64,000 bases of DNA from Desulfococcaceae bacterium HSG9 (GTDB taxonomy: Bacteria > Desulfobacterota > Desulfobacteria > Desulfobacterales > JAUCGF01), in contig JAUCGF010000072.1 in assembly GCA_030378005.1 (NCBI GenBank), positions 10,542 to 74,541 on the forward strand. Direction: 5' to 3'. The notes beneath the pieces were generated by a model, which worked only from the letters and a program-made list of their open reading frames with translations, searched no databases and had not been told where the DNA came from. Every line of letters starts with the position of its first letter. The first letter of the stretch is position 1. Position numbers and translations under genes: made by a program. Positions 28,073 to 37,800 of the stretch are shown here, one piece after another.

Positions 28073-29038
28073 TTATTTCCGGTTGCCGGTGAAAGAGGTG
28101 CTGTTCTTTAACACATGAATCGTGATTTCCGGCGGACAATTGAAGCGCACTTGCAGACCTGAAGAACCGGTTCCTCTGGATGTATATCCCCGCATTTGCT
28201 TATATCGCCATAAACCGCTGACAAATTTGCGGCGGCCGGACGTATTCGTGATAATCGGAATGCCACCGGGAAGACATATCTGGCCGCCGTGAGTATGACC
28301 GCAGATATAATAACGCATGCCGCATTGATGCGCCTTTATAACCAACTCCGCAGAATGCGCAAGCATAATTTTAAAGTCACTGTGTGGTATTCTTTGCAGC
28401 GCTTTCGTAAGGTCATCCGTTTTATAGTAATAGACGTCATCTGTGCCGACCAACCATAATTTGGATTGGCCGTGTTCAAGAACGATATTTTCATTCAGCA
28501 ATATACGAATTCCCATTTTTTCCAGATAAAATGTGCTTTCAATATAATCGTGGTTACCTAACACACCGAAAATACCGTACTTGCAATTCAAAACAGATGC
28601 CAAGTCTGCCATTTTAGCATGACTGCGGCCATTGACACTGAAAGTGCGTGAATGAAAATCGCCTGTAATAACGCAAAGATCAAAATCTTGTTGGGCGATT
28701 GTTCGCTTTAAATGAGCGCCGCTGTCAATCATAGCGTCAATATGAATATCGGAAAGTTGCAGAAGGCGCAGACCGTCAAAATCAGGAGGAAGATCATCGA
28801 AAAAAATTGTTCGTTTTTCAATACGCAGGTCAAGTGAATTGCGCCGTCCTTTTTCTAATAACCCGAACGCATATAAAATATGTTTTAATATCGTAGAACT
28901 GTATTTGAAATTTTGCCGATAAAGGCGAAATCTGTTGTAAAACGTATCGTCATAGCGATTTATCTGTCGTTTAAGGCGTTTGCTTAAATGTTGATGACTG
29001 ACACGTTTTTTTAAATATTGTAATAGTTGGGAGTTCAT
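28073..29038 (-). CDS. Calcineurin-like metallophosphoesterase.
   Basis: GDFH, GNHD and GHTHGGQ metal-binding motifs. Confidence 0.75.
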   Translation of the reverse strand: MNSQLLQYLKKRVSHQHLSKRLKRQINRYDDTFYNRFRLYRQNFKYSSTILKHILYAFGLLEKGRRNSLDLRIEKRTIFFDDLPPDFDGLRLLQLSDIHIDAMIDSGAHLKRTIAQQDFDLCVITGDFHSRTFSVNGRSHAKMADLASVLNCKYGIFGVLGNHDYIESTFYLEKMGIRILLNENIVLEHGQSKLWLVGTDDVYYYKTDDLTKALQRIPHSDFKIMLAHSAELVIKAHQCGMRYYICGHTHGGQICLPGGIPIITNTSGRRKFVSGLWRYKQMRGYTSRGTGSSGLQVRFNCPPEITIHVLKNSTSFTGNRK

Positions 29039-29249
29039 TGTATTTTGGAGGATTCTCGCCAGTCATAAATTCTTGTAAATTATTGAAATCATTGAAAGTA
29101 AAAAAATGACACGAATTTTGTGAGTTTCAATGAATTCAGGGAGTTACAAAATAACTTCAAACTTTAAACTTAAAACTTGTAACTGACGAGGAGGATTCAT
29201 AATGTGAATATTATAACCATTTTGTCGAACTGCGTAACTCCTGTAAAAT

Positions 29250-30257
29250 TCAACAAATCCGCGGCAATTGTTCGCCGGTCAGCATATCGACAATGCGTCG
29301 GCCGCCTATGCGGGTTTGCATAAACACCTGTCCGGGAAAATCATCTGTCACTTCGCCAATGATACACGCATCCTGGCCGAAAGGATTTTCTCTGACAGCG
29401 GCCAGTACATCTTCGGCATGTCGGGCAGACACACAAGCAAGCAGTTTGCCCTCATTAGCGACATAAAGCGGGTCCAATCCCAACAATTCACATAGCCCGG
29501 CGACCGCGCCTTTTACCGGAATCTTGTCTTCATAGATTTTAATCCCTGCGTTTGACTGTATGGCGATTTCATTCAAAGTCGTGCCGACGCCGCCGCGTGT
29601 GGGATCACGTAAAACATGCACTTGATCAGAAACAGCCAGCATCTGTTCAACCATCCTATTGAGCGGCGCGGTATCACTTTGAATGGCGGCGTCAAAATCA
29701 AGTCCTTCACGTTGCATTAAAATAGTGATGCCATGATCGGCAATGGATCCGCTTAAAATGATTTTATCTCCATGCCGGGCGTTGGAACCGCTTATGGCGG
29801 CATTCTTGAATAGCTGTCCGATACCGGATGTGTTGATAAAAATTTTATCGGCCGCCCCTTTGGGAACCACCTTGGTGTCGCCGGTGACAAGAGTGACATC
29901 AGCTTGTTTAGCGGCAGTCGCCATATTATTTATGACATCGCTAAGTTTCTGCATGGAAAAGCCTTCTTCGATTATCAGTCCGGCACTTAAAAAAAGCGGT
30001 TTGGCACCGCACATTGCAATATCATTGACCGTGCCGTTCACCGCCAAATCACCGATGCAGCCGCCGGGGAAAAAAATCGGGTCAACCACATAGCTGTCCG
30101 TTGAAAAGGCCAGACGCTGTTCACCCACAGTCACAACAGCACCATCATCTAACCGGTTTAATATAGAATTCCCGAAAGCCGGAAGCAGCAAGTTTTGAAT
30201 GAGATTGTGGGATGCTTTGCCGCCGCTGCCGTGGTCTAATAATATGGTGTCTTTCAT
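29250..30257 (-). CDS. hypE: Hydrogenase maturation carbamoyl dehydratase HypE. The start at MKDTILL is inferred; the longest ORF extends to 30308.
   Basis: AIR-synthase-related fold, ILLDHGSGGKASH N-terminus, and the C-terminal ...PRIC with the terminal Cys characteristic of HypE. Confidence 0.85.
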   Translation of the reverse strand: MKDTILLDHGSGGKASHNLIQNLLLPAFGNSILNRLDDGAVVTVGEQRLAFSTDSYVVDPIFFPGGCIGDLAVNGTVNDIAMCGAKPLFLSAGLIIEEGFSMQKLSDVINNMATAAKQADVTLVTGDTKVVPKGAADKIFINTSGIGQLFKNAAISGSNARHGDKIILSGSIADHGITILMQREGLDFDAAIQSDTAPLNRMVEQMLAVSDQVHVLRDPTRGGVGTTLNEIAIQSNAGIKIYEDKIPVKGAVAGLCELLGLDPLYVANEGKLLACVSARHAEDVLAAVRENPFGQDACIIGEVTDDFPGQVFMQTRIGGRRIVDMLTGEQLPRIC

Positions 30258-30591
30258 TTTTTCGCTCCAATCAGTAGAATATTTTCTGCTCATTACCACA
30301 GGATTCAAATTTTGGCAATTTTAATCCGCTGCTCTCAGGTTTAGAGCCTGTTTGGAAAGTCGTAATCGAAGCGAACCAGCATAGCACATACGTTTGAATT
30401 TTTTCTTGATACCTGCTTAGAATTGTTATATGTTGTTTTTCAAGGATAAATTCGATTTCTACTTTCAAATCGTGATTTTTCTTCCGTACCTCTCAAGGCC
30501 ATCATCATTAAATAAAATTAAAATCGCGAAATTCCTTAACTTCAAATACTTGCTTTCCAATGATAAAATAAATTTTTGAATATGTCAGGAG

Positions 30592-30975
30592 GTGAGGTCA
30601 TTGAAAAAATTAAAAATATTTCTATATATATTTTTTGGGGCAATGTTTGCGTTGCCGATGATTATCAACTTTTTAACGGGCGATGAAAAGAAAGAAAAAG
30701 TAAACAAACGGTCGAATTATGAACAAATAAAAGAACCTGTTGAACCAATAAAACAATTGACGAAGAAAGAAGCCGTTGCAAAAACATTGAAACAGCTTCA
30801 AAAGCATCTTCAAAAGTTCAATGATGAGGATATGTTGTTTTTTGCACCGCAACTGCCCGATAACTTTGAAGTGGATTTGAAAATTGATAATTTGGGCCAT
30901 ATAAAGGTAAAGGTTTGGGATAAGGGCAACCCGTCCGAATCCGAAGAATTAATAATTGAAACCGAAGAAAAATAA
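30592..30975 (+). CDS. Small membrane-anchored hypothetical protein, co-transcribed with the SPFH gene.
   Basis: N-terminal TM segment (IFLYIFFGAMFALPMIINFL), a Lys/Glu-rich tail, and only 8 bp before the next gene. Confidence 0.4.
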   Translation: MRSLKKLKIFLYIFFGAMFALPMIINFLTGDEKKEKVNKRSNYEQIKEPVEPIKQLTKKEAVAKTLKQLQKHLQKFNDEDMLFFAPQLPDNFEVDLKIDNLGHIKVKVWDKGNPSESEELIIETEEK

Positions 30976-30983
30976 ACGGAGGT

Positions 30984-33011
30984 GTGAAGATGAGTGAAAT
31001 CATTAGTAAAATAGGCGAAATCGCAGGAAAATTGACAGGTAAAATAGGATTTATTGTAACAGGAATCGGCTTGCTGTTTTTTGTTTTTGTTATTTTTCCA
31101 AATATTTTATATACCGTTGAACGAAACCATGTGGGCGTTATTTTCGATAATTTCGGCTCAGAATCCAAAGTGGCAGGCCGTTTTATCGTCGAAAAGGGCG
31201 AAAAAGGCTGGTGGCGGGAACCGCTGATGCCGGGAACTCATTTCTTCTGGCTTCTCCAACCGTTGTGGCAATATAAAATCAAGGAAGAACCGTTTGTCCG
31301 GGTGCCGGCCGGCAAAGTCGGCATTGTTTACGCCAGGGACGGCGAATCCATGCGACCGGGACAAATTCTTGCCGATCCGGATGTTTATCCGGGAGATATG
31401 GTAGATGGCAAAAAGGCGACCGCATTTAAAATAGGGCAAAAGGGACCGCGGTTGAAAGTTTTAGAGCCTGGCCACTATCCGATTAACTCTCAGTATTTGG
31501 AAGTCAAATTACAACCGGCCATTCAGATTCCGGAAGGTAATATCGGCATAATGACCCGCAAGATCGGCGATGAACCGCCAATCGGAACCGTGTTGGTGAA
31601 TAAGGATTCGCAGTACAGGGGAATTGTGCGCGAAATCTTGAATCCGGGAACCTATTACTTCAATCCCAAAGCGGTAAAAGTTCAAATTGTAAAAGCCGTT
31701 GTAATCACAAAAGGGCAGGTGGGCATTGTTACCAAAAAAGTTGGCAAGATGCCGCCCGGCGGAACGATTTTGGTGGAAGCGAACGATGAATACCAGGGTA
31801 TTCAGCGCGAGGTGCTCCAACCAGGCATGCATTATATCAATCCATATCAGCAAGATGTCAAGATTGAAAATGCGGTTCAGGTTCCCGACGGCCATGTGGG
31901 CGTGCAAATCGCCAAAACCGGTGATGGCAAGCCCGTGGATCAGTTGCTGGCCAAGCCCGGTCAACGAGGGATTCTTGAAGAAACCTTGTCGCCGGGGTTG
32001 TATTATATCAATCCGTATGAAACCGAAGTCGTGGTTGTGGATATCAGACAGCAACGCTATGAAATGACTTATATTGAAGGCATGGGCGATACACAGCAAT
32101 CCGATGCCATTGTCTTTTATTCGGATGACGGTTTTATCATTGCCATCGATTTGACAGTCCTTTATCAGGTGCTTCCCCAGGATACGCCGCATGTCGTGGC
32201 CACAGTCGGTCGGACGGTCAAAGATATCCGTGATAAAATCATACGGCCCCAAGCCCGATCCTTGGCAAGAATTCTCGGTTCCAAATACAAAGGTGAGGAC
32301 TATGTACACGGTGAGACCCGGGAAACCTTTCAAAATAATTTGGATGTCGCTCTGAGAGCGAAAAGCGTGTCAAGCAAAATCCAGGTCAATCAGGCGTTGG
32401 TAAGGCATTTCGAGGTGCCGGACACACTACGCGGACCGATTACAGCCAAGGTCATCGCTTTGAAAATGCAGGAAAAATATGAGCAGGAACAGGAAACCCA
32501 AAAAGCCAATGCGGTGCTGGCGGGTGAACGCGAAAAAGTGACGTTTGAATCGGAAAAAATCAAGGCTGAAACCCGCAAGGCCAAAGCGATTATCGCCGCC
32601 GAAGAACAGCGCGACGTTGAAAAACTGAATATGGAAAAGAAAGAGTTTATCGCCCTCGGCGACGCCAAACAGAAAAAAATTCAGGCCGATGCCGATCTGT
32701 ATATGGCTCAACAGGACGCCAAAGGCATCCTGGCAAGGAAAAAATCGGAGGGCGACGGCGATAAGGTGATTATAGAAGCATGGAACAATCCGGGAGCCAA
32801 AAACAAAGTGGCTTTAAAAATGGCCGAAGTCTTGCAGGGCGCACGCTTGATTCCGCTTGAAATGATTTTTGGCGGTGGCGGCAAAGGCGGCGGCGGTGGC
32901 AACGCCCCGTTTATGTACGGTGACACACTTGATATTCTGAAATTTTTAGGGGTTAAAAAAATGGAGGAAATGAAACAGCAAGGCGCACAAAGCCAGGACA
33001 AAGAAAATTAA
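30984..33011 (+). CDS. SPFH/band-7 (flotillin-like) protein with N-terminal TM, four internal repeats of about 40 aa, coiled coil and Gly-rich C-terminus.
   Basis: Repeats of the form xPGxYYINPYxxxV...G.VG...K.G..PP, four copies. SPFH-like core (IVFYSDDGFIIAIDLTVLYQV). E/K/A-rich coiled coil. GGGGKGGGGGNAPFMYG tail. Confidence 0.6.
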   Translation: MKMSEIISKIGEIAGKLTGKIGFIVTGIGLLFFVFVIFPNILYTVERNHVGVIFDNFGSESKVAGRFIVEKGEKGWWREPLMPGTHFFWLLQPLWQYKIKEEPFVRVPAGKVGIVYARDGESMRPGQILADPDVYPGDMVDGKKATAFKIGQKGPRLKVLEPGHYPINSQYLEVKLQPAIQIPEGNIGIMTRKIGDEPPIGTVLVNKDSQYRGIVREILNPGTYYFNPKAVKVQIVKAVVITKGQVGIVTKKVGKMPPGGTILVEANDEYQGIQREVLQPGMHYINPYQQDVKIENAVQVPDGHVGVQIAKTGDGKPVDQLLAKPGQRGILEETLSPGLYYINPYETEVVVVDIRQQRYEMTYIEGMGDTQQSDAIVFYSDDGFIIAIDLTVLYQVLPQDTPHVVATVGRTVKDIRDKIIRPQARSLARILGSKYKGEDYVHGETRETFQNNLDVALRAKSVSSKIQVNQALVRHFEVPDTLRGPITAKVIALKMQEKYEQEQETQKANAVLAGEREKVTFESEKIKAETRKAKAIIAAEEQRDVEKLNMEKKEFIALGDAKQKKIQADADLYMAQQDAKGILARKKSEGDGDKVIIEAWNNPGAKNKVALKMAEVLQGARLIPLEMIFGGGGKGGGGGNAPFMYGDTLDILKFLGVKKMEEMKQQGAQSQDKEN

Positions 33012-33042
33012 GTACCTGAACAAAAGTTTTCCGGTATTTTAT

Positions 33043-33071
33043 AAATCGGATTTTTTAGAAAAATCCGATTT
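33043..33071 (+). terminator. Perfect 13-bp stem hairpin downstream of the SPFH gene.
   Basis: aaatcggattttt-tag-aaaaatccgattt. No clean U-tract on the + strand. Confidence 0.45.
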
Positions 33072-33174
33072 ATAGCAGAATTTGTAACCTGAAAATATAT
33101 GTCCAAGTACTTAGCCCCGGTTTCACTGTGTTTCCCACTTACCTGATTACGGATATTGACCCTATGGAGGTTGC

Positions 33175-34335
33175 ATGCTTATATCACGCTTAAAACTGAA
33201 AAATTGGCGGAATTTTCAACGTGCTGATGACATTCCGCTTCGTCAACGGCAGTTTATTGTCGGGCCGAATGCATCCGGAAAATCCAATCTACTGGATGTG
33301 TTTCGATTTCTCAGGGACATTGCCAAATTTGACGGCGGCGGCTTTCAAAAAGCGGTCAAAGACCGTGGCGGCGTGTCCAAAATGCGTTGCCTGGCGGCCC
33401 GACGCGATCCTGAAATCGTTATTGACATCTCGCTTTCAAATGATCCTGATGATGTGGAACCGCTATGGAGATATGCTATCGGGATTAAACAAGAATCCCG
33501 CGGATACAGGCAGCCCATATTATCTTTTGAAAAAGTTTGGGAGCGCAATAAGCTGATTTTAAATCGACCTGATCCTACGGATAAAGAAGATGCGGAAAGA
33601 TTAAAACAAACTTTCCTTGAACAGGTCAACACCAATGCCGATTTCAGGGATATTGCACGCTATTTGAATTCCGTCAGTTACATTCATCTGGTTCCTCAAT
33701 TATTGCGTTCGGATGCTTTTTTCCAAACCGGTGCGCTCGAAAATGATCCTTTCGGACAAGGTTTCCTTGTAAGAGTGGCTAAAATGACCCCTCGAACCCA
33801 AAAATCGCGGTTGGCCAAAATAGAAAACGCTTTAAAAATTGCGGTTCCCCAGTTACAGCAACTTAAATTTGAAAGAGATAATGATACGGGCAAACCCCAT
33901 CTTGCCGCTCTTTATTCACACTGGCGACCTAAAGCGGGATGGCAACGTGAAGATCAATTTTCAGACGGCACATTGCGTTTGATCGGGTTACTTTGGGCGC
34001 TGCTGGAGGGTGACTCTTTGCTGTTATTAGAGGAGCCTGAACTATCTTTAAACAACGGCATCGTATCGCGACTGGCTCCGCTGATATATCGCATGCAGCG
34101 TCAAGGTAAACGTCAAGTCCTGATTAGCACACATAGCGAATCACTCCTTAGTGATAAAGGGATTGATGGCCGTGAAGTGCTATTATTAACGCCCGGTCAG
34201 GAAGGTTCCTCAATATATATCGCCGGAAATATCAGTGATGTCAAACCGTTGTTAGAAGCGGGTCTATCCGTGGGCGAAGTCGTTTTATCACGAAGCAAAC
34301 CGCCTGAAGTGGAACAACTGGAATTATTCGGATGA
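33175..34335 (+). CDS. Stand-alone ABC/SMC-like (AAA_21/AAA_15-type) ATPase.
   Basis: Walker A GPNASGKSN. ABC signature-like DGTLRLIGLL. Walker B/D-loop LLLLEEPELSLN. H-loop ISTHSE. No fused nuclease domain. Confidence 0.7.
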   Translation: MLISRLKLKNWRNFQRADDIPLRQRQFIVGPNASGKSNLLDVFRFLRDIAKFDGGGFQKAVKDRGGVSKMRCLAARRDPEIVIDISLSNDPDDVEPLWRYAIGIKQESRGYRQPILSFEKVWERNKLILNRPDPTDKEDAERLKQTFLEQVNTNADFRDIARYLNSVSYIHLVPQLLRSDAFFQTGALENDPFGQGFLVRVAKMTPRTQKSRLAKIENALKIAVPQLQQLKFERDNDTGKPHLAALYSHWRPKAGWQREDQFSDGTLRLIGLLWALLEGDSLLLLEEPELSLNNGIVSRLAPLIYRMQRQGKRQVLISTHSESLLSDKGIDGREVLLLTPGQEGSSIYIAGNISDVKPLLEAGLSVGEVVLSRSKPPEVEQLELFG

Positions 34336-34885
34336 GCCGTATTTATATCACTTTAGCCGTTGAAGATTCCCTGGTGGATATTGGCATGGTTACAGCATTT
34401 AACCTCCCGTCAAACCAACGCAGTCAAAGCGCTGCCCTTTAAATTTGGTGTCTTCTATTTCAGCATCAAAGGTTACGGTTGTGTTTTCTGACGCCATTTT
34501 CTTGCTTATTAACTACCTTCAGCACAGTAAGCTAGGCCCACCAATACGGCCGATGTAGGCATTAGCACGAGCAGAGCCAACCCGACTAAACAATTTTAAT
34601 CATATCATTCACGGTACACACTGATAATCTTTTTTTGAAGCTTGACAATTATTATTCAAATTAATATTTATCTTAAATGTTTAGGGAGTTTCTTTCTCAG
34701 AGGAATGAATGTAATGGAAACAAAGGAAGAACGGAAATGAAAATCAAGTTGTCACAGGTGTTCCAAGCACTATGATAAAATTGGAAAATTATCTGAAAAA
34801 CAAGGCTTGATATTGATATTATTAAGTATTATGCGAATGCTTAATCAAACTTATTAGCAGAATAGTAACATTATCATATCATTTT

Positions 34886-37800
34886 ATGAACCTTCTTGAC
34901 TTTATAAAACTAAGTAAATTTGGTACTATGAAAATCTATAAAAAATCCATATCACATTTTTTGAAGTCTACTGACGCATTTACCCTTGACGACTTTTTAC
35001 GTCAATTTTTTTCATATTGCAAAAAAAGATTAAAATGCGATGGTGTATCTATATTTTTTTATTCAAGTGCCATAGATAAGCTTGAATTGTTTTTCCATTC
35101 CCAAATAAATCCATATTTGTTATCTTTGAAAACAGACGAAGGCACAGTTGGGAGCGCATTTAAAACAAGCCGGCTAGCGTGGGGTGATGGTGACGAGTCT
35201 GAAAACAAATGGTTAGATGCTAATTCTTGTCCAGAGGATAAAATTAGAGGCATTATTGCCTTGCCTCTGAATATTTATAAAATACCATTTGCTATCATCT
35301 GTTTCCAATATCATGAAAAAAATCAGCCTCCATTTGGTAAGCTAAAAAAAGGATTTTATAAACAGGAATCAAAAACGGTAAAAACTTTTTGGAAAGAATC
35401 AAAATCTGCGAATCTCGGTCGTTTTATTAAAAAACTTCGTTTGCAACAGATCACAACGGATTTAAGAAGTACGGGAGAAGCTCCGACATACCTGAAATCT
35501 ACTGGAAGTGAATTTATTGCCAAACTTCAGAAGGCTTTCAAAACTGATCAACAACCTATTCCACCTTTCATCGGCATTCAAATCGTAGATCATCAGCAGC
35601 AAAAAATTAACAGCCTTCACAGTGTGGGGATGCCTTTGGGATACGAATATGCTCATTCCATCCCTTTTTCTTCCGATGATATTCATGCGGATATTTTAAG
35701 GACGCGTAAAATCGAAATAATTTCTGGCAATGACACAAAGCGATTTGATCAGACCATTTTTTCTAAGTATTCCCATGATAAATACATACGCCTATTTATG
35801 CCCTTATTTCCTATCAATTATATCTATGACAACAAAAATTATGATAACTTAAAGATTGAAACCCTTTTGAATTTCAGCCCAAAAAAGAACCCTCATCGTT
35901 TTGAATTTACTTGGAATAAAAAACGTCCGCCCCAAGCTCTAATCTACGGCACATTGGAACTCGGTTATATAAAGAAAGGTTCGGGTATGTCTCCATGGAA
36001 CAAGGAATTAGCTTATTGGGTGGTAAAGCATGCCTTAGAATTAAGTAAACAAATTTATGATTCGACTTTTTCAGGCATATTGGACAAAATCGGAATCCTC
36101 TTAGCTTCTGTGCCGGACGCAGCCCTTAAAAAGTTTACATGTGAATTTCCCGGAGGAATATTCCACGGTTTGCGTGAATACCCGATTCAAAATGAAGGAT
36201 TGCTTGTACTGCCTAAAAGGATGCCGGTAAAAAATTATGATAAAGGCGAAGCTGTGGATAGCGATAAATTTATCCCCTGCAAACCAATTTCGCTTACTTA
36301 TAGACCAATAAATTTAAAAAATTTTCCCAAAGAGATCAAAAACGATCTGAAGTGCATTTCAAAAATTGCAGCAAAAGCTGTAGATATCGCCCTTCGCCTC
36401 CTAGATAGTACTATCGTTCAACATGAATTTTTATACATCGCTGAATCAATTAATAATGTTGGCACTTTATTCCATGATAAAATTTTGGATTCTGTATGTA
36501 ATGAGGCATTACTTTGTTCTGGTGCGAATTGTTGCATGCTTTACCGGTTTACTAAAAGAACAAAACCTTATCTTACTTCAAAAAATGATAAACTTTGGCT
36601 ATTTGGCTCTCCGATAAGCGCACCTAAATCCACTGATGTTCGTTTTCTTGTACAATCTGAAGAAGAAACCATTCATAAGGTTGCCCAATCTAAAATGCCT
36701 ATATATTCATCAGATTATGAGAGCAATCAATCAGAGAAGAGCAATCCATATTGTTTACTTCCGATGGAAATAATTGATGGGCCTGTGTGTGTGTTATTAT
36801 TGTGTTTTTCAAGAGGGTATTTGTTTAACAATCAAGAGAAATTTAACTTAGAAAATCAAGTTGTCAAGTGGGTGGCTCGATTATCTATGCGCCACCTTAT
36901 CCTTAGACAACGATTTTCAGACTTAATGATGCGGCTTAGGATAACTATTCAGGAGATTAGTAAATCGCTGGAGCAAAGTACTGAAAGGCGCATGCCAATT
37001 TTCTTAGAAAAGCTATTAATAGAATTGGTAAAATTAGTAAATTCAAATGCGGCGAGTATAACTGTTTACTACCAGCCTAAAACCGGTACTGAATGGCTCA
37101 GGCGATTTATTTGTTGTAGGGGAGATGACGAAAATGAGATACTTTCCGAGAACCATGATTTTATTAATGCTAAATTAGAAGGCCCTTGCCATGATGCTTG
37201 TGTTAAATCTAAGATTATCATTATACACCAAAGAAATGAAGATAATGGTATTATAAATGTCGTCAATGCTATTGAAAGAATCGTAAACAATAATGGTTGT
37301 TCAAACGAAAAACGCAAAACATTTCAGCAGTATTCCAATTGGCTAACAGGGGACAACACTCCTTCAACCGTAATAACCTTTCCAATTCCCGAATGGAACA
37401 ACGATCAAACTATCCTAAAGGCATCTGTAACAATAGTATTGCCAAAAATTCACTATTTAGATTTTTACCACAAACACCTCATTGATGAAATTGGTGCTTT
37501 GATTGCCGAAACAATGCGCCATATAAGGCATTTGGATAGCAAAGATTCAGAAACAATACATTTAGATCAGTTTGAACAAAGACGGTTAGCTTTTGAGAAA
37601 GCGAAACATCCAGATGAAATCATTGGGATTTTGTTAGCTGGAATGGGTAGAAAAATAACATTTTCAAAGATGGGGGCTTGGAATTTAGCTGAAGACGTAA
37701 TAATCTGGAACCTTGACTGGGGCAATAAAAACCTAATCGTACGATCAGCGCGAGGGAATGGAATGGCAGCATTCCAAAATACACAAAATCTGCTGTATAT

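Noticed and set aside
31509-32333. 274-aa minus-strand ORF.
   Set aside because: It is entirely antisense to the well-supported SPFH gene.
32708-33001. Proline-rich ORF on the minus strand (…GALPPPPPLPPPPKIISSG…). A similar one lies at 45764-46636.
   Set aside because: It is the antisense translation of the Gly-rich tail and coiled coil of the SPFH gene and its remnant. It is fully nested, with no independent start context.
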